Shown one piece after another: positions 60,815 through 64,000 of a DNA stretch of 64,000 bases; within the stretch, counting starts at the first letter, position 1, and every line of letters starts with the position of its first letter. Both the position numbers and the translations under genes were made by a program. The stretch comes from Bilabrum cf. latius. Taxonomy: Eukaryota. The notes beneath the pieces are model-generated. The model ran no database searches. It saw nothing but the letters and a program-made list of their open reading frames with translations, and was not told where the DNA came from. Where the stretch lies: the NCBI GenBank assembly GCA_965178125.1, contig OZ237746.1, forward strand, positions 248,001-312,000. The letters run 5' to 3'.

Positions 60815-62656
60815 TCAATCTTTTTTAAAAAGTTTCTTCTTACTGTGAATAATTTGACATTCACCTGATTGCTCCAACTTCATACCCCCAAGGTTCGTTG
60901 ATAACTTTAGAGGTAATTCTTTCTCACTAATGAAACCATCCGTGTTGACATAGTGAATGTTTTCAAGATATGGCTCAATCATTTTGGACAATTTACTTCG
61001 TCCAAGTCCAGTCAGAAAGGGGCCCATTCTTGCGTAGGCTGTTTTGTAATCGTACTCTTCGTCATATAGTATACCCGATACAAGTCGTCCAGATGCTTTA
61101 GGATACGCGTTCTTTAATTGTCTAAAATTCATACAATCACCATCTCGGAGTGTTTTTGTGATTGTGTTTTTCTAACATAGAGAACCCCAAATATTATTTA
61201 GTATCTCCTTCGCACACTTCAATCCCTATTTTTTATAACCGTACAATCGCTCAATCATCGTTTTGAACAGTCCATTTGCCTTCACCCTTGTTGTCTCATC
61301 GTAAAGTAAAGCGTTGGCTTCACCGTCTTCAATCAGAGACACCTAAGCGCCCGTCTCAATCGCTCGGTTAATGTCATATTGGGTATAATAATTGTTTTTT
61401 CTTTTTTGTACCAATTTAGAATTGATATTTTCAATATGTACCCTAAAAATGCCGTACGGATAGAAACCACTTGAAGGTACTTCAAATTTTACGAACTTAC
61501 CCCTTCTAACCGGAAATGTAAATGTACCCTTCATAATACTTGGATAAAATGAGTTAATATCGTACTGGTATGCGTTTTTTAATGTAGTATTCTTGTTTGC
61601 CCAATTCAATCCACCACCCGAGGCTTTAGAAATCCATAGTGCTTCAACTTGGTCAATCGGGTCGGCAGGGTAAAGTTTGGAAAACTTACTGAAATACGAC
61701 TTTACAAATAGGGATGTTCTAAACATAAATCGTGATAAATCCATATATCCACCCGTCTCCTTCGCTAATGCCCTTACATTTTTCATCCGTTCTTCGTGTT
61801 TTGTTCTTAGTTCTTCCTTGGACTTGACTTCAAAGATGAATTTATCCTTGGAAACTGATGTAATGCCTTCTGATTGATACTCACGGTCTCCATCAAATAG
61901 TAAATAAGAATTCTCGGATTGATACAAGCGGGTAATTAGCGTACACGGTTCTTTAGACGGCGGTGTAAATAATTCTTTCTAACTAATGGGGGGAACATAC
62001 TTGTAATGCCCATTTGTTAATGAAACAGTTAGAAGACGGTCAAAATGAGTTTTTCCAGATGTGTATTCAAAGTCGCCTACAACATGAATGCGTACTTGAA
62101 GTTCGTCTTCTATCTCTGGTATTCTTCTGTAATCAACGGGGTCATCACGTCCAATTTTCAAGAGTTCTTTGAGGTCGGACTTCGACAATCTTTTAATAGT
62201 AGTTTTCCATTTGCCTTTTGCGCTCTTTACATTTACCTTACGACCAACTGAAAAAGGAAAAGCCTGTTTTATAGCGTTATATAAACAATCGTTATGTTCG
62301 TCAGCACCGCCTTCTGGTTCTGGCTTTCTAATAAGCAGTAGTTCAAAAGAATTCAATTTTCTATATTCGTCGTCATCGTCGTCTTCGTAGCCCGCCCATA
62401 AACTATCTTGATTTTCTAAATCATCTGTAGTAATCCAAGTGCTTCGTGTTCGCCAACCTGTATCTTGGTAATTGATATTCACCTTAAATTTAAAGTCATC
62501 AAACGGATTTTCACCACCATCGTCGTAATCACGAATAAATTCCAAGACATTTTTTACGGTGATAAGGTCCTCGCTCTCAAATCGCATACTCCATATTGGT
62601 TTCCCATTAAGACGCAATTTGGTTCTTTGGGGTTCCGTAAAATCGATTTCGGGCAT
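60815..62656 (-). CDS. polB: Short family-B DNA polymerase (613 aa; protein-primed type likely)
   Basis: ASGGG, YDINSFYPSIM, KEILNNIWGSL, YVNTDGF; three track ORFs in one frame, joined by TAG; ends TGA. Confidence 0.87.
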
Positions 62657-62713
62657 TCTATAGTATCTATTATATTATAGAATACGATAATTATTCTTAA
62701 GGTACGAACTCAC

Positions 62714-64000
62714 TCACTTCTCAATTTTACAGAGGAATTTGGAAAGTTTTCCTTTTTTGTTCTTTGGTGGGTTCTCTTTTATCCATTTTTGAATAGCGAT
62801 GCTATTCTCAACACTCAGCTGTTTCTGGATTTTCTTATGGACTTGTTCCGTCGGTGTAATCTCCTTTTCTAATTCCAACTATTCAATCGTTTCCTACTGC
62901 TATGCGACTTGTTTCTGTAGTTCTCTAATCTACTCTCGAAGAACATCTACCTCGGATTTTGCTTTTTCCATCTCAGCAGAATGACGAAGTGCCTAAAATT
63001 TAGATTGGAAGCCTTTTAGTAAGTCTGCGTGTTTCACATTAAATTCTTGTTTTCTCTATTTGTTCATCGTTGAATGAACACCTACCTCTGACAATAGTGT
63101 TTTAATCATAGGTGTACCAAGGTTCTTCACTCTACCGTTCAGTTCCTGCTTTAGATAATTGCGGAATTCCAAGACTGTCATTTTAAAATCTCTGCCTTCG
63201 TCCAGCCACTCTTCTTTTAGAATTTTTAAAACCGGATGTGCGCCATCAAGAATTCCTTTGTAAAAATTCTTTGATTTTGGTGCGAATTGTCCTGTAAAGT
63301 CTGGTGATTTATCATAGATTTCAACCAATAACATATAAAATGCCTTAGCCACTTCTGGATTTTCTGTAAAACGTTTTAGTGTTGTAAAGTATTCTTTGTC
63401 TCCTTTCTTTGATGTATTCACATCCAAAACACAATATCTACGGATTTCCTCGGTGATTTTGATTGGACTATCATTCGTATCAATAATTAGATTGAATGTA
63501 TTCGGACGACTTTCGGATTTGACAAACTTCTCATTACAGGAAAAGTGTTTTTCCGTAATAAGATTTCTTAGTGTTGCCTACATGGCGTCCCAAATAGTTG
63601 GCGAGGCTTTTGGAATTTCATTAAAATTGACTAATAGTTTCCCGTCCAGAATTGAGTTGAAGGCGTCGGGTTGAAGCATCTTGTGTGTAAGCGTCTATAG
63701 TGTAAGGGTATATCCGAGTAGTTTTCTCATAAGGAAGGTAATAATCATCGATTTACCAGTTCCTTGTGGAGATTTCAAATATAGTGCTGTTCCCAACTTC
63801 TTTCCGCCCACAATAACGTGAGCCAACCATTTCATCACAAAATCACACTATTCTTTGTCTTCTGAAGTCCACACCTTCTGGATATGTTCATAAATCATAG
63901 TCGCGCCTGCTTTTGCGTCTTCGGATAAATCCTCTATGTTTCCACAGTTTTCCCGTGTAAGTATAGGTGAACCCATAACGTTAATTGTTTGATTGTCGTA
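62714..64000 (-). CDS. Superfamily-3 (D5-like) helicase, 5'-truncated by the window edge
   Basis: FVMKWLAH, LYLKSPQGTGKSMI (Walker A), LVNFNEI (Walker B), IIDTNDSPI, RRYCVLDV; coiled-coil tail; ends TGA 62714. Confidence 0.88.

Larger units (their letters stand above)
49151..64000. mobile_element. Endogenous virophage-like element 2 (nested in the MCP of element 1; continues beyond the window)
   Basis: Begins at a G7 run, then a ~1.4-kb repetitive non-coding terminus, then a full morphogenesis set (protease, ATPase, penton, MCP) plus PolB and SF3 helicase. Confidence 0.88.

Noticed and set aside
1-64000. Widespread pseudogenisation suggested by the fragmented ORF track
   Set aside because: Breaks are almost exclusively TAG, with no frameshifts, and fall at conserved Gln positions; codon reassignment explains them better.
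31467-64000. Bacterial prophage or contaminant contig joined to the host
   Set aside because: Gene set is virophage-type, shares the host's TAG usage and hosts a GC-rich eukaryotic retrotransposon. Long-read confirmation of the 31467 junction is still advisable.

Overview
Eukaryotic (protist) nuclear DNA that uses a non-standard genetic code: TAG is read as Gln while TAA and TGA remain stops. The supplied ORF track therefore chops nearly every real gene into pieces. 1-31.4 kb is GC-rich host sequence: a Q/H-rich protein with a duplicated unknown domain, a ~1527-aa aspartate kinase/DAP decarboxylase fusion, a one-intron kinesin with a WW domain, and three head-to-tail giant pseudokinase-like + ARM-repeat paralogs. 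From ~31.47 kb to the window end the DNA is AT-rich and forms a nested stack of mobile elements. Endogenous virophage-like element 1 carries a primase-helicase, a short PolB, Zn fingers and an MCP. Its primase-helicase is split by a complete GC-rich Ngaro (tyrosine-recombinase) retrotransposon, it holds an inverted Ngaro repeat remnant, and its MCP is cut at ~49.15 kb by a second, distinct virophage-like element (protease, packaging ATPase, penton, MCP, core-like proteins, PolB, SF3 helicase) that runs out of the window. Host, both viruses and the retrotransposon all use TAG=Gln. The layout resembles the EMALE/Ngaro nesting known from Cafeteria burkhardae, but the host cannot be named from the sequence alone. 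All gene models are manual translations with TAG=Gln; family calls rest on motifs recognised by eye.
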